Assembly (NCBI GenBank): GCA_009103225.1
Contig: RHPI01002090.1
Coordinates: forward strand, 1,287,932-1,351,931
From: Chlorokybus atmophyticus
Lineage: Eukaryota; Plantae; Mesostigma and Chlorokybus algae
Length of the DNA stretch: 64,000 bases
Reading direction: 5' to 3'
The notes beneath the pieces were generated by a model that did no database searches, was not told the DNA's origin, and worked only from the letters and a program-made list of their open reading frames with translations. The position numbers and the translations under genes were made by a program. Position 1 is the first letter of the stretch. Each line of letters begins with the position of its first letter. Shown here one piece after another: positions 36,763-50,758 of this stretch.

Positions 36763-39700
36763 ATGGCCAGCGCGCGCCGCCCGCGCACTGCGTCTGCTGC
36801 AAACGCTGCGGCGGCGGCGGCCGCAGCGCCCAGAGCTGACGCTCAGGACACCCCGGCACGAGGGAGAGTGAGCGCAATCGTCAATTGCAACCGGTTTTGG
36901 CCTTACCTAGCTTGCTGCCGCTTATGCTTGGCCACAACTTTCTCTATTATTGCACTGGTTAGCATGCCGTGTTGTACCAGGCGCGAACAATCAGCGGCTA
37001 TTGGTTGCCTCAAAAAGCACGCTGAGAAGTTGACCGAGAGAACCAACACTCAATTCCCCTATAAAACGTTTCATTATTCATGATAGTACGGTGCTGTGAA
37101 CATGCCACACATAAAATGAGCAAGGTCTTGAACGTTTTGGTGTAACCTGTTGGCATGTGTCGCTGTACAAGTAGGTTGTGTTCGTTTTTGAGCTTGACAC
37201 CAAGCTGGGGTTCTGGCAATGACTGAGGTTGAGAGTCACTTTCTTGTTGTTGCTAATGGTGGCCCTTCCTCGTCAGTTACTAGCATACTCCCTCAGGCTG
37301 CTTTTCCTTGCAGTTGGCGTGGATTAGCAGCACGTTATCGTTGATCAGAATTTTCTTGACGTAGTCGGTTAGCCAACTTGGCACATTTTGGAATCTGAAA
37401 CGACACGACGTTCAGCATGGGTTCTGTAAAGGCATCCCACTCATGCTTGCGCCCAGCATTGTTGCTCTGGCAAGCTGCTTTCAGGATGGTTGGTCATTTG
37501 TGGCATACATGTTGCAGTGCTGACGTGGGTGGTTGATGCACAGGCTGTAGAGCTTCTTATTCGCAGGCAGGTATCACTTGGACCAAGATGGTCGCAGCTG
37601 GACCTCGAGCAGTTCATGCAAGTAAGTGGTGTGAAGCATGCTTATCACACCGTAGCAATGTTTCTTATCTCAGCGTGTCATTGTGGTTGTTCTTCCTTGA
37701 GACAGAGTGCCTACCTGCTGTTGTAGCTGGACGTTTCCTGCTTAGGCTTGCGCAATGGTAGTCACCAGAGTACTGTCAGCTTGTTGCAACTGTTGGTATT
37801 TGTACAGGCATACAAGAAACATGGGAGGGACTGGGTAAAGGTACAGAAACGTCTCTAGTGCACTGCTATACACCATTGTGGTCGCTCACCATGCAGCTGT
37901 TAAATGTTCAGAGTGTCTGCTGTGAGCAGGTGGCAGCACAAGTACCCAGAAGGACTCCAGAGATGTGCGAGGTTCTGTTCAACACGAACAAGGCGGGTTG
38001 CTTACGGTCAACATGTTCCTGGAGCTGCGTTGCTATGCGCACTCGCATACATACTGACGTTGCTGTTGATGTGACAGACGTACCTGTCCTTGCCGGACGC
38101 AGCTGTCAACGCTCAAGTCTTGCTGGCAATGATGAACGATTATTACAACAATATGGTACGTGCATCCAGTATTGGTAGTTATCATCTGTTGGCATTGCTT
38201 TGAGCTGTACAGATCTCAGCGTCTCCACCTGCTTACACCTGGTGTCTTGTCTGGCTGCCAGGGGTTGCAATCGCACGGAGCTGCAGAACCCATTGAAGAA
38301 AGCAGTGACGGCTTTCACAGCGGGACCCCAGGGTCTCCAAAACCAGTCAGTAGTGGCAGTACCAAGGCTCCGTATAGAAGGCCGCGCAGTGGTAAAGTGC
38401 ATTGTTACACTTGGCATTGGTGGCGTTGCCAAGTTGGTCCGACAACTCACCTGCTTTATGTTGTAGTCTTGCGAAGAACGCCACCACCCGGACAGTCGAC
38501 TGAGGTCTCGTTACATAGGACTGCTTCTGGTGGTGAGTCGCAGAGCCCAGCAGTCACACCCAAGCAGGTCGCCTCTGCACGCAAGAGTCGTTCTGCTGGG
38601 TTGACAGCAGGTTCGGCATCTATCGGTAGTCCTTTGAGCCCCAGAAGACGAAAGCGAAGCCGTCAGCTCTTTGCTGGTGAGTGGAAGTTGTGCGCATGTA
38701 CGGCAATGTTTGGGGCCGTCAAAGCGTAAACAAGGTCAACATTGTTTCCTTGCAGCAGAAGGTGGCGGGTTGGATAGCCTCGCAGCTCTAGCGGAGGCTT
38801 CGTTGCAGAAGTTGAATGGTGGTGAGCTGTCGTTGGTTCCCACGAGCTTTCAGAAATTGAGTTGTAGCCTCTGCAATCATGAATTCACCATGGCAGGACT
38901 TTTCATCATTCTTTCTTGTGACAGGCTCTCCTGCGTCTCCCCCATCAAGTTTGCGCAAGCACAGAAGAAAATCATCGCCTGAGAAGGTGCATTGCGTTAG
39001 CAGCATCAGACACTGCCTCATTGAAGCGTCAGGCTGTGCATGTAGTGTGCCTGCTGAAATCACACTGGAATCCCCGTCCATGGCTCTGTTTCAGTACTTG
39101 CATGCTATTTACAACGTTTTACTAATGTATGCCAGAATGTACACATATCACAGACCAAAGCCAGTCCCGCTAAGAGCATACCTTCTACCGCCTTGCCGCT
39201 GAAGTTGCGGAGCAAAAGAAGGTCAGGTGACTCTCAAGACACAGGTGATGCCAGCACAGACGGCAGGTGCGTGGAGATTACGTAAATATTTTGTCTTATT
39301 GCTACATGCGGAGTTAAAGTCTCATAGCTGTATTCTGCATGCAGGGCTGCTGCCAACAAACCTTCTCTCAAGCGGCCAAGCTCCCAATGCGTGCATATCT
39401 TGCCTGGGGTCAGTGCAGAAAGTGCACAGGTGAGGTGGTATTTTCGACCATACTTGCAGCCCACAACACGTGTAAGCCTCTGGGTGAATCATTGAGAGGC
39501 ATACATTTCCGCAAACGTGGATGCTGTCATTGCACTCTGGGGTACACGATTGGTTTCACAGTGCTTACCACGTGTCCAAAAGCTGACTGTCACACGAAAC
39601 ATATGTACATAATAGGTACGCCTTCAACATGTTCTGTCGACCCGTGCGGCCAAGTGGTGCATGTACGAGTGGTTTTACTCCACGATCGACTGGCCTTGGT

Positions 39701-42064
39701 GAGCTTCGTAACATCAACTTGTAGATCGTGGCCCAGAAGGCTTCTTGCACCATGCGCATTGCTGTGCATGCAGTATTGAACTTTTTCAGACCTGACCATC
39801 AGATTGTGCCGATGGTCAGGTTTGAGAAGAGCGAGTTCCTAGAGTATCTGGAACATACAGGCTTGGGGCACATCACGCGGCTAACGCGCAAAGAGTGGGG
39901 CCTCGTTCGAGGCGCGCTAGGGCGGCCGAGGAGGCTATCCCAGGCTTTCCTATCTGAAGAGCGTGCAAAGCTCGAAAGCTACCGTGAAGCAGTTCGGGAT
40001 CGACATCAGGTATGTGCTTGTTTTGTCTGATGCTCGCGACACCCTGGCGGACAGCTCTGCATAGCGGCTTACTTTGCAAATTACAGGAATTTAGGATGAA
40101 TGGATCCACAGATGCGACACTTCACTCTCCACTCACTGTTGGTCAGAAAGTCACGGCTCGACACCCCAAAACTCGGCAACTTCATGAGGGGAGCATACTT
40201 ACTGCTGAAAGGTCTCGCTGTCGCGTGCAGTTTGCCAGGCACGACCTTGGGGTTGCCTTAGTGCCGGTGAGCTGCCTGCTCGTCACCATACAGTGCAGCA
40301 CATCTCTTATCATGTCTTGATACATTGCCTTACAGTGATATGCACATACCCAGGACACTGATCTCAGGAGGATTGATGCTGTCGATAGTTTTGCACCAAC
40401 ACCAACCCAACCTGTGCGGCAATCAGCTTTTACGAGCGCAGATGGGACGGGCCTTGCTGGTGAGCTTTCTGGCTGCAAATACTTGGCTGCGGGGTTTGTA
40501 AACTGAGGCATTCGGCCCTTACAATAACAGGTCCAAGTGGTGAGCACATGAGAGCCGCACAGCACGCTGGAGTTGCAAGTGATGCACATGCTGTGCCATC
40601 AGCAGGAGTTTCCCCGGTGAGCTAGACCTGCAGATATTATGCAGCTCACTTCACATGTGGTTCAGGCATATGCTGCTTCAGTTATCAGGTTGCAATGCCC
40701 TTCAATGGTTGTCATGCACGCCATTCATATGGTTTCTGTTCTGCCCTGTGTTCTATGCTGGTACTGTGTTATTCCATATGGTGGCTTGGGTCTGTGGTAC
40801 TATGCGCATCAGACAACATTTTGATGTACATGTGTCAAGATGTGCTGCAGACAAGTTGCTACTGTCTGTTCGGTTAGCTCATGTACGTACGCTGGTCAGG
40901 AGGGTCGTGCTGCGGATGTGCGAGCCTTGGTCGAGCTGAACAGGGCACTGTGTAAAAAGGTACAGGACAGCTCTGCGGATTCTGGGCTATTTGGAACTAG
41001 CTGTTGTGTTTGCAATGCTTGTGGCTTTGCGTGCTGGTAGATTTCGAAACTGCTTGGTTAGTTCAGGAGGTGCAGAGCATGGGAATGAGCACTTTGACAT
41101 ACTGTGCAATGCGTTTATTAAACAGGAGGCATTACTGGGCGAGTTACAGATCATGAATGATGAAGCTCAAGCTGGAGTGCATCATGGAGATGGCGGTGGC
41201 ATTATGCAACCTTTCCAGCGTCAATACGCGACCGTGCTCACAGAGCTGCATCAAGCCAATAAGCAGGTATGGGCTCAGTAGCGTGAAGTTGTCCATTGTG
41301 GGTAGTCATGGCAAGGATGCTCCACGTTTTGCTAGATCAGGACTGAATACACTGTTTGCAGCTGGAAGATGCTTTGATTCAGTTGAGAAAGCGCAACAAG
41401 TTTGATACCAAACGCGTACGTGGCGTGGACTCTACAACGGGGCGGAGCCCAGCAGCTGTTCAACAGGATGAGCCGGCTTGGACGGCTGTGGTGATGGGTG
41501 CGCAAAGGCAGGCTCAGATGATGGTCTCGTTGATGCAAGACAAAGCTTTGCAGCAGGGCGCGGCTTCTCAGCTGCCGCCAGCTGCTGAGGAAACACCTGA
41601 GCGTGTTGCTGGCACATCATCACCCTCAGCATCAGCCCAGAAGGCTGAACAGCAAGAAAACGGAATTCACCAACTTCAGGATGAGCCTCCAAGCAGTAGT
41701 GGGCGCGAGTTGCTCGACAACGGCCAACCACACGATGGCTCCCCTCTCATATACAGCATTACCGATCTAGTCGCCTCGTGTGTGGCAACCTTGACAACAA
41801 TACAGGTTGCCAACTCTTTGCAGCTGTGCTCGTTGTGTCACATGTTTGGCGCATGAAGTGCTTCTGATTACAACTGACATGCTGATACCTATCATTGAGC
41901 AGAGGTGCAGCGACCAGCCCATGGAGCCGCCCGACGTGCATGCCGCACTGGATGCAGTGGTGGCACTTTTACGCCCGCGATCCGATGCTAACCTTCACGT
42001 ATTCGAGGACATAGCACGGTCAATTTTAGCATTGAAAAACCAGTTGCTGACAGGCCACAGTTAG
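36763..42064 (+). CDS. LIN9: LIN-9/ALWAYS EARLY (ALY) DREAM-complex subunit, multi-exon
   Basis: N-terminal SANT-like SLGPRWSQLDLEQFMQAYKKHGRDWVKVAAQV...YLSLP; DIRP WCMYEWFYSTIDWPWF...GLGHITRLTRKEWGLVRGALGRPRRLSQAFLSEERAKLESYRE; Tudor-like LTVGQKVTARHPKTRQLHEGSIL; C-terminal LVASCVATL. Confidence 0.92.
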
Positions 42065-43098
42065 TGCAGCAGTAGATGCAGCAGCTGTAGACCTTGTGCA
42101 TTTGTTTGGTGAGGGGGTGGGCGTGGGGGTAGGGGAGTGGGATGGGTCGAAGGGAGAGTCAGTCTAGTCTACTATAGACTCTCGAGCTATTGCCTCACAG
42201 GCTACAATAGCTAGTCAGATTGTAATGCAGCATCTGTTACCGACTGCAAGCGTGTGCCCACGGCATGCACAATACGTTCAGCCATGCATGCAGAGAATCA
42301 TGTCCCTTCCCAGCATATCTTGTTGGTCACACATGGCTTGGCGCTCTACATTGGTCGCAGGATGAGAGAAGGATTGATCAGTGATGAATGTAACAATCAC
42401 TGATATAGGGTGCCTCTTCACGCAAACAATGTTCTAGTGTTGACAATGTGCACGTACACGTTTACATACAGCGGTACAGTGGTTTCCCCCTACTGTTGAC
42501 ATTGTATACATATGACATTGTATTCATATGAACATTGTACTCCATTGAGTTGTACTCCATTTGGGTAGCTCATGTTACGTGATTAAGGAACAGTATCAGG
42601 ACTGGGTCAGCACGCACGTACCGAACAACTCAATGGAGTTCACACGCATCTGATGCCTACACTAACTGCAGTGTCAACACCTCTTCAAGACATCACTCTC
42701 ATTCCTTATCCTCAATGATGGACAGACAGCAATCCGGCAAAATCTTTTATATATTGCTCTCTATATGAAAATCTCAGGTCTGATAGTCTGTTGCAGATAC
42801 ATGCACGCCAGCAGCCGACAAAGCGAGCAACAGCATTCCTTGCAGAAACCTCAAGAGTCATGAACAAGTGGCGACATCCTTGTGTTGGGTAGCTAAACAG
42901 GGCAATATATATATAGTAATCACAAATAATCCGGAATCCAACATTGCGCTGAGAGTGTCTGCTGTATTCAACTGCGCAGGTAAGTTGCTGGTTACAGAAC
43001 TCGCTACTGTATTCAACTGTGCCAGACCTATGCACAATGTGCTCACACAGGATGTCATCTCATTGTGCGGTACTTGATCAAAACCTTGTCTCAAAGCC

Positions 43099-46000
43099 TC
43101 AACGACGGTGGGTGAGGACAACGATGGAATCACCTGGGATGAACGTGAACACATCCGTCTTCCTGGGTGCCAGCTCAACTCGCAGCTCGCCGTCCGACAG
43201 GCGGCGATAGCCCAACGCAATGTCCCCGGCGGCGCGCGCGCGTCCCGAGACAGCGCTGAAGGTGACGGTCTCACCCTCCTCGGCGTACTTGCGGTAGTCC
43301 ACCAGCGCCATGCGCGCGCCGCCCCCGTCATCGGCGGCGTCAAACAGGTTGGAGAACACGCGCTCCAGGCGCGGCTCGGAGGCAATCTGCGTGATAGCGC
43401 CGGCCACGAGCGTGGCGGAAGCCACCATGTCCGCGGCGAGCGAGGCGGGAACAAGTCTGATGATGGAGGGGTCGGCGGTCTCGGCAACAACACGCATCTC
43501 ACCCCGACCCGCCTCGCGCCGCAAGTCCTCCATGAGGATGAGCGTGCTGAGCAGGCGGGCGTCCAACACCGCCGCGTCTGTGCAGCCGTCCTCGGACTGA
43601 AACAGCACTAGTGCGCGCGTGGCGGATGCGACGCCAGCGGAGCGCAAGTCCCGCGCCTTCATGGGCGAGCCAACCACCTGGCGCACGTGGGCGATCTTGC
43701 GCAAATTGGCCACATCCTTCGCATTAAGATGCTCCGCGCGCTCCTCCAAAGACAACGGCGTCAACAGGGTCACAGTGGAGCCCGGGCTCAGCTCCTCATC
43801 CAACAACTGCAAGATGCCAGCGATCCCCGGCCTCCATCCACACACTAACATTTCCTGCGGGGAAGGGGCGGCCTCGGCATAGCCAGCACTAATGCTGCTG
43901 TTGCTGCTCAAAAAGGGGTCAACGTTGGCTTTTGGGAGAGAGGGGAGTGGCACAGCCGCGTCCGCCTCCTCGCTAACATAAACCAGGTTGTCTCCATTCT
44001 GCAGCACGTAGTCCTCGGGTGGGTTGAGCAGCACGCCTCCCTCGGTGTGGCAGACCCCGCAAATGCACGCGGCAACGAAGCGCGGCCACACCTCGCCAAA
44101 GCGCTGGCCGGTGAGTGTGGGGAAGTTGCGTACGTGGAACTCCTCCCACTCGAACGACAGCAGCAGCGCGTATACCAACGAAAGCCCCGACTGCTGCGTG
44201 CACGCCACAAGCAGTCTGTCGATGAAGGACGAGGACTCGAGCGCGGCGAGGTGCGGGCCGCCGAGGCAAGACAACATGCGTCGTTGGCTGGAAGAGAGCG
44301 AGTCGTTGGCGAGGATGACACTGCCGGGGCGTGCCAACTCGCAGTGCGGGTGGGCTTGGATGGCTTGGCGCAAAGCCAACAGCGAGGGCACCGCGGCCGC
44401 AAAGTTGTCCTCGGCGGACATCTCTGTGGCGGGCAGGATGAGGACTCGCTTGGCGGCGACGGCGTTGGCCTGGGCGAGCGCGTGGACGGTGGAGCCATCG
44501 TACTCGCGCGTGATCACGTTGGGCGGGTTGCGGCCCTTCCACTCCTCAAGCGCGTCGGCCACAACGCGATCCATGTCCTCCTTGGGGTGGCGGCCGAGGA
44601 TGACCACGGGACCGAAGGTGGCGGGCCCCTCCGTGGCGTGAGCAATGGCGATCTGGCGAAGCAACGAGGGTAGCGAGGCTGTGAAACCAACGATGAGCGT
44701 GTGGCCCTGCTCCAACACGCGCGTGCGACCGGCCTTGAACGCGTCCATGTGCTCCGTGATCGTGTCCGAGATCACTCCCACTAGCAGCGCGAAGGAAAAG
44801 AAGCCGCCCAATGTCAATGCTGCGCTGATCAACCGCTCATACAGACTCTCCAGCTCGCGGTTGTCAGGCGCCGCCACGAATGAGAACGCTGCCCACGCTG
44901 CGTCCCCAAGCGAATCACCCGTCACCATTGTCCATGCAATCTGTCGGGGAGCAGCGGATGGGTGAGATGACTATAAGGGGACCCACAGGACACGTGTGCC
45001 TTACTCCCTGACTACAATGTGGCCACACCAGCACACACAACGAGATTCATGCGCAATCACATGACACGCATCAGCTGCAGTAATCTTAGCCACTCAGCAC
45101 TTTGCGCCTTGTGCTCTGTGCCTAATGCTGCGTTCAGCATACTCAGTGCGCAGACATTTTAGTTGCAAACATGGCCTGGATAGCGTCTATGCAGTTCTTG
45201 TGACCAAGCACACCCATCTTGCAGATGAATGTGCCATCAATACCGCATGGAATTTCTGCGGTCGCTATGGCAATCTCAACAAGAAATGTTGCTGCAAGCA
45301 ACATTTCTCATTCCATGCAGCAGCTTTCTATTCCTTTTGCTATTCGCGCGTGTGTGTGGGGGTGGGTGGTGGGAGGGGGAGGAGGGGGAGGCGGGGGCGC
45401 AGCGACCGGACCTCATTGCATGCAAACTCACTAGGGTAGAGCGTCATGTGCCATGTTTCTTGACAACAACGGATGCACAGCAATGTGCGCGAGTGTGCAA
45501 GCTTGCACGAATGTCTCTGCAGCAAGAAACAATGTTGCTTAGAGCACGGGAAGAAGGGTGCATAGTAAGCTTGCATGCAAGAATGTACAACAGAGGCGCA
45601 TGGGACACATGCATGCATGCGTGCATGTATGCATGCATGTGTGCATGTATGCATGCATGTGTGCATGCGGTTGACACTGACCGCTCCCGACGAGATGATG
45701 AGTGTGGAGATCATAAGTAACATGGCAGCTTTCTTTGGGCCAGATGAAGCAATGCCCTCAAAGAAATAATTCCAGCGCTCCTGCAGAGTGATGGGACCCG
45801 GCGCCAGAACAACGCTCTGCTGGTCGCTGCCGGCAGCAGCGGCGGCCACCTTCTGCTGCTGCTGCTGGCCCTGCAACCCCCATCCCCCAGCTCCGCTCCT
45901 CTTCGCCCTCGCCCATATCCACCAGGCCGTCGCCGCCGCCGCTGCCAGGGGCGCGTAGGGGAAGAGCGGCGAGGCTGGGGTGAACCCCACCTTGACGGCC

Positions 46001-46440
46001 GCCGCCCCGACCAGGCGGGTGGCGGGCTCCGCCTGCAACACGGCCGACAGCACGGCGGCGGCGGCGGCCGCAGCAGCAAGCTTTGGCACCAGGCCGACCC
46101 CGCCTCCTGCCCATGGCGGCGCGTCCCGCCTCTCCTCCTCTTCCCTGCCTCCCCTGCTGGGCGACCAGGTGCTGCTGCTGGCGGAGGCGATGACGATGGA
46201 CGGCGCCGGGTGAGGGTGTTGGTAGCTGCTGTGGTCGTTGTGGTCGTCGTAGTCCCTGGGGTGGGCGGTGGCAGGCGTGCGCAGCTTAGAGCGCCGCCAG
46301 TGGTGGTCAGGCAGGTGCCTCCAGGGCACTCGGCGGGAGGTGTATGGCAGCGTCCGGGGGAGACGTGGCACTGGCGAGCTCACCACCGATGTACGCCGCC
46401 CCAGCGCCGCCGCCGCCACAACTATCATGCGCGACGCCAT
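43099..46440 (-). CDS. CASTOR/POLLUX/DMI1-family cation channel, 2 exons (46440-45682, 44940-43099), ~866 aa
   Basis: TM and pore region followed by two RCK-like domains (GHTLIVG, QQSGLSLVYALLLSFEWEEF, LLNPPEDYVL, MLVCGWR, DARLLSTL, DIALGYR) collinear with DMI1; GT-AG intron in phase 0; R/S/P-rich N-terminus. Confidence 0.88.
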
Positions 46441-46967
46441 AATACCAGCCCCCCACAACCTCTGCTTCCTCCTCCGCCTCCGCCTCCGCCGCCGGCGGGG
46501 CGGACAGTGACAATGCCGACAATGCCGTGGGCAATGCCGCATGGATTTCGCCTATTCCTACATCCGGGCAGGTCGTTGGACGACGACAAGCAGTGAGTGA
46601 GCGACGTCACTTACTGTGATGCTTGTGCGGTGCGCACAAGCAGTGCGATAGGGGGATCACGTGACGCGACCCTGCCCCAATAATAGCGCACAGCTCTGCT
46701 GGCGGTCGTCCTGCAGGAGGCAACGGCGGCGGCGGCGGCGAGAGCCTTGTCGTCAGCAGGATCAAGTTAAGCCACCTGGAGATAACAAAACCGGGGTGGT
46801 GGTGGCCCGGGGACAATCAACCTGAACTGGATCAGGAGCGGCGGGAGGTGCTCTGCGCGGCTAAGTGCATAGCCAGTGTGAAGGTAGTGGAGTGCGAGCG
46901 TACTCCCCTGTGTGGGATGCTATCCCTATTGATGTGATCGAGGTGGTTCTGGGCGTGACTGTCGGAG

Positions 46968-49074
46968 ATGGCGGCGGCGGTGGCCAACGTCTTCAGGCTC
47001 ACCAAGCCCGCCTCGCAGCCATCATTATCCGGAAAGGGGAGGCCCCGGGCGAACGAGGAGAAGGAGGTGGAGGAAGACACCTTTCAAAGAGAGGATGAAT
47101 TGGAGGAGGGATATCCGGGCTCATCGATTGTCACCAGTTCTGCAGCGCAATTACGCGGCACACCTGCATTCTCCAGGTACGCCGCAATTGAACAAGTCTT
47201 GTTTAGTGTCTGCACTGCTGTAGGGCAGCAAGAAGAGCAGGTCGCACATGCATCGGCTGGTATAGGCAAACGCATATAATTGCTACTGTAGCTCTGAGGC
47301 GAGACGTACATTACCTAACTCTGCAGCATGCAGATCAAAACCACTATGAATAGTAACGTCTGCGGTTGCCTAATTAGCATTGAACCAATGCCAGTAAAAT
47401 GCACAGCTCATAGGAAATCAGATGCGCAGCAGCGTTCACTGCCCATGTAGCGACATCTCTACCTTAATTCTCCGGAAATATTACGTCAACGGGTAGTCCA
47501 ACATGTGGCACCTCTTGGATCAATCATGTTGTTGTACATTAGAACAGGGTCATCACAGTCGCCAACCGGCATAGTGGTAACAGAACACACGCGTGCGCAG
47601 GCCCGAGACAGGAGTTACTGCCACCACTGCAGCTGCCTCGGAAGGGCTTGATGGTGACGCCAATGAGCAAACCGATGGAGTTGATGACAACAATGTTGAG
47701 AACGACGAATATGACGACGACGCACAGTGGTCGGAGTCCGCTGACGCAGATGAGGATGACCCTTATAACGACGTGGACACGCTGTCATCCTCCCCAAGCA
47801 CCTCCTCCATGAACACGTCACGCTCTACGGCGGCCGTGGGGACGGGCCGCGGCATCATGGCTTTGGTAGCATCAGCGTCGGCGTCCACGTCGTCGTTGAG
47901 CACGCGGGCATCGGCGGCATCAACAAGCGCACTGGCGTTGGCATCAGCACAGCGTGCGAGGCGTGCAGCAGAGGAGGACGCTGCGCGTTTAGCCAACCGC
48001 GTGGTTCAACTCAAGAAGGAGGAGGACAAGGCTCAGAGACGCATCGCTGAGACAAAGAGCCGGGCGGCAGAGGTGTTGTCTCTGAGGCACCGCAACGAGG
48101 TGTCGAGGCGTGAGAGGGCCGCGTTGGTCGCCGAGCGCGAGGCCGAGGGGAGGGCTCAAGTGGAGGCGATGGCGAGGTTGCGTGACGAGCACGAGGCGAG
48201 GCGTCGTGAGGCCGTCTCGCGTGTGGAGGTCGCGAGGCGTGCCAACCTCGGGGATTCAAGGGGTCGAAGGGCTGAGCTTGAAAGGCGTCTTGAGGAGGGC
48301 CGCGAGGAGGAGAGGCGTCGCGCGCGCGCGCACCGCGAGGAGGTGAGAAGGTCCCACGTTGTCGCAGGGGAGAAGGTGCGTGAGGCCGCCGCGCGCAACG
48401 CCGAACGCGTGCGCAAGGACGCTCGCAATCGCGTGCGGGAGGAGCGATCCGCCCAACGCGCCGCCGAGCGCGGACTTAAGCGCATGGCTGCGGAGGAGGC
48501 CGCACTCATTGAACGACTGCAGCGCAAGCAACGCGAGCAACGCGAAGCCTACGCCGAGCTTGAAGCTGCTCTCGGCATCGCCGCCTCCGCTCCCGCCTCG
48601 CGCGCAGCTCCCGCTTCGTCCACCACTCACCATCACCGCATCAAGTCATCAAGCCTGTCCAGCGCGAGCAGCAGCAGCAGCATTCATCATGGAGGTGGTG
48701 GAGGAGCAGCAAGCAACCAGAACACCTCACGCAGCAGGCGGCAATCAGCTTCCGAGCGTGATGCCGAGGAGGAGGCGGACGCCCTCATTGACTCGTACCT
48801 GGACGGCCTCTCGGAGGCGCCTTCGGTGGCGGGGACAAGCTCTATTGCGGTGGTTGTCGAGGACGAGGAGGAGGTGGCGGAGCGGTTCAAAGCGCGTGCG
48901 CAGCGTGGCGGGCCTCACGCGGGCACCGTGGCCACCGCCCAGCTGTCGGGTCTCTTCTGGGAGCTCGGGGAACGCATGAGCGCAGAGCAGGTAGCGCGTG
49001 CCACGCTGCAGCTGGACCCCGCAGCTGCCGGACGCATTGCACTCCAAGATTTTCTTGCTTGGTGGAAGGGTTGA
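46968..49074 (+). CDS. Acidic N-terminus + long R/E/A coiled coil + C-terminal EF-hand-like pair, 2 exons (46968-47176, 47601-49074), ~560 aa
   Basis: 493-aa ORF joined in phase 2 to an upstream ATG exon; AEEDAARLANRVVQLKKEEDKA coiled coil; ELGERMSAEQVARATLQLDPAAAGRIALQDFLAWW EF-hand-like end. Confidence 0.75.
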
Positions 49075-49576
49075 CAGCGGCTGCTTAGCTTAGATCATGA
49101 CGCTAAGGCCCTTAGCCTAAGGGGCGGTCTCTGTTGCATCAACAATGCACTTGAGTGCAGTTGGACATGTCTATACAATTGGTATGTATGTTTGCGTGCT
49201 ACATACAACGTGCACCATTCTCAAGTACAAACCACACATATTTGTTGTTTGGATGCTTTGAATGGCTTTGCTTGGGAGAAGGCGAGCTGCTACAAGCTGC
49301 AGCAAAGTGCATGGCTACAAAGTTACCGACATGAAGGCCGCACAACAACAGAAGGCACCTTCCATCTCACCCAGTGACAGCAGGACAAGATGACCAGGGT
49401 ACGTGCATGCTGCAACATACAAACATCCAGCTACGATAACCACATATCTCATGAAGAGAAGTCTATTAGCAATACGCGCATGTACCTACTTCGACTGCGC
49501 AAAACCTAATGTACACACCAGTAACCTACAGCTCTATGCAAAGCGAACCAACAGGAATGGGCACCCAAATAAGGCT

Positions 49577-50758
<1,182 letters not shown>

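Noticed and set aside
37010-37400. Nested minus-strand gene in the first LIN9 intron
   Set aside because: Only short frames with no recognisable homology and no convincing start or splice chain.
43099-44940. Bacterial contaminant or misassembled prokaryotic K+ channel
   Set aside because: Joined by an in-phase GT-AG intron to a eukaryotic-type N-terminal exon and continuous with flanking host sequence.
43108-48979. Many overlapping antisense or alternate-frame ORFs
   Set aside because: Expected shadows of very GC-rich coding exons; no independent motifs.
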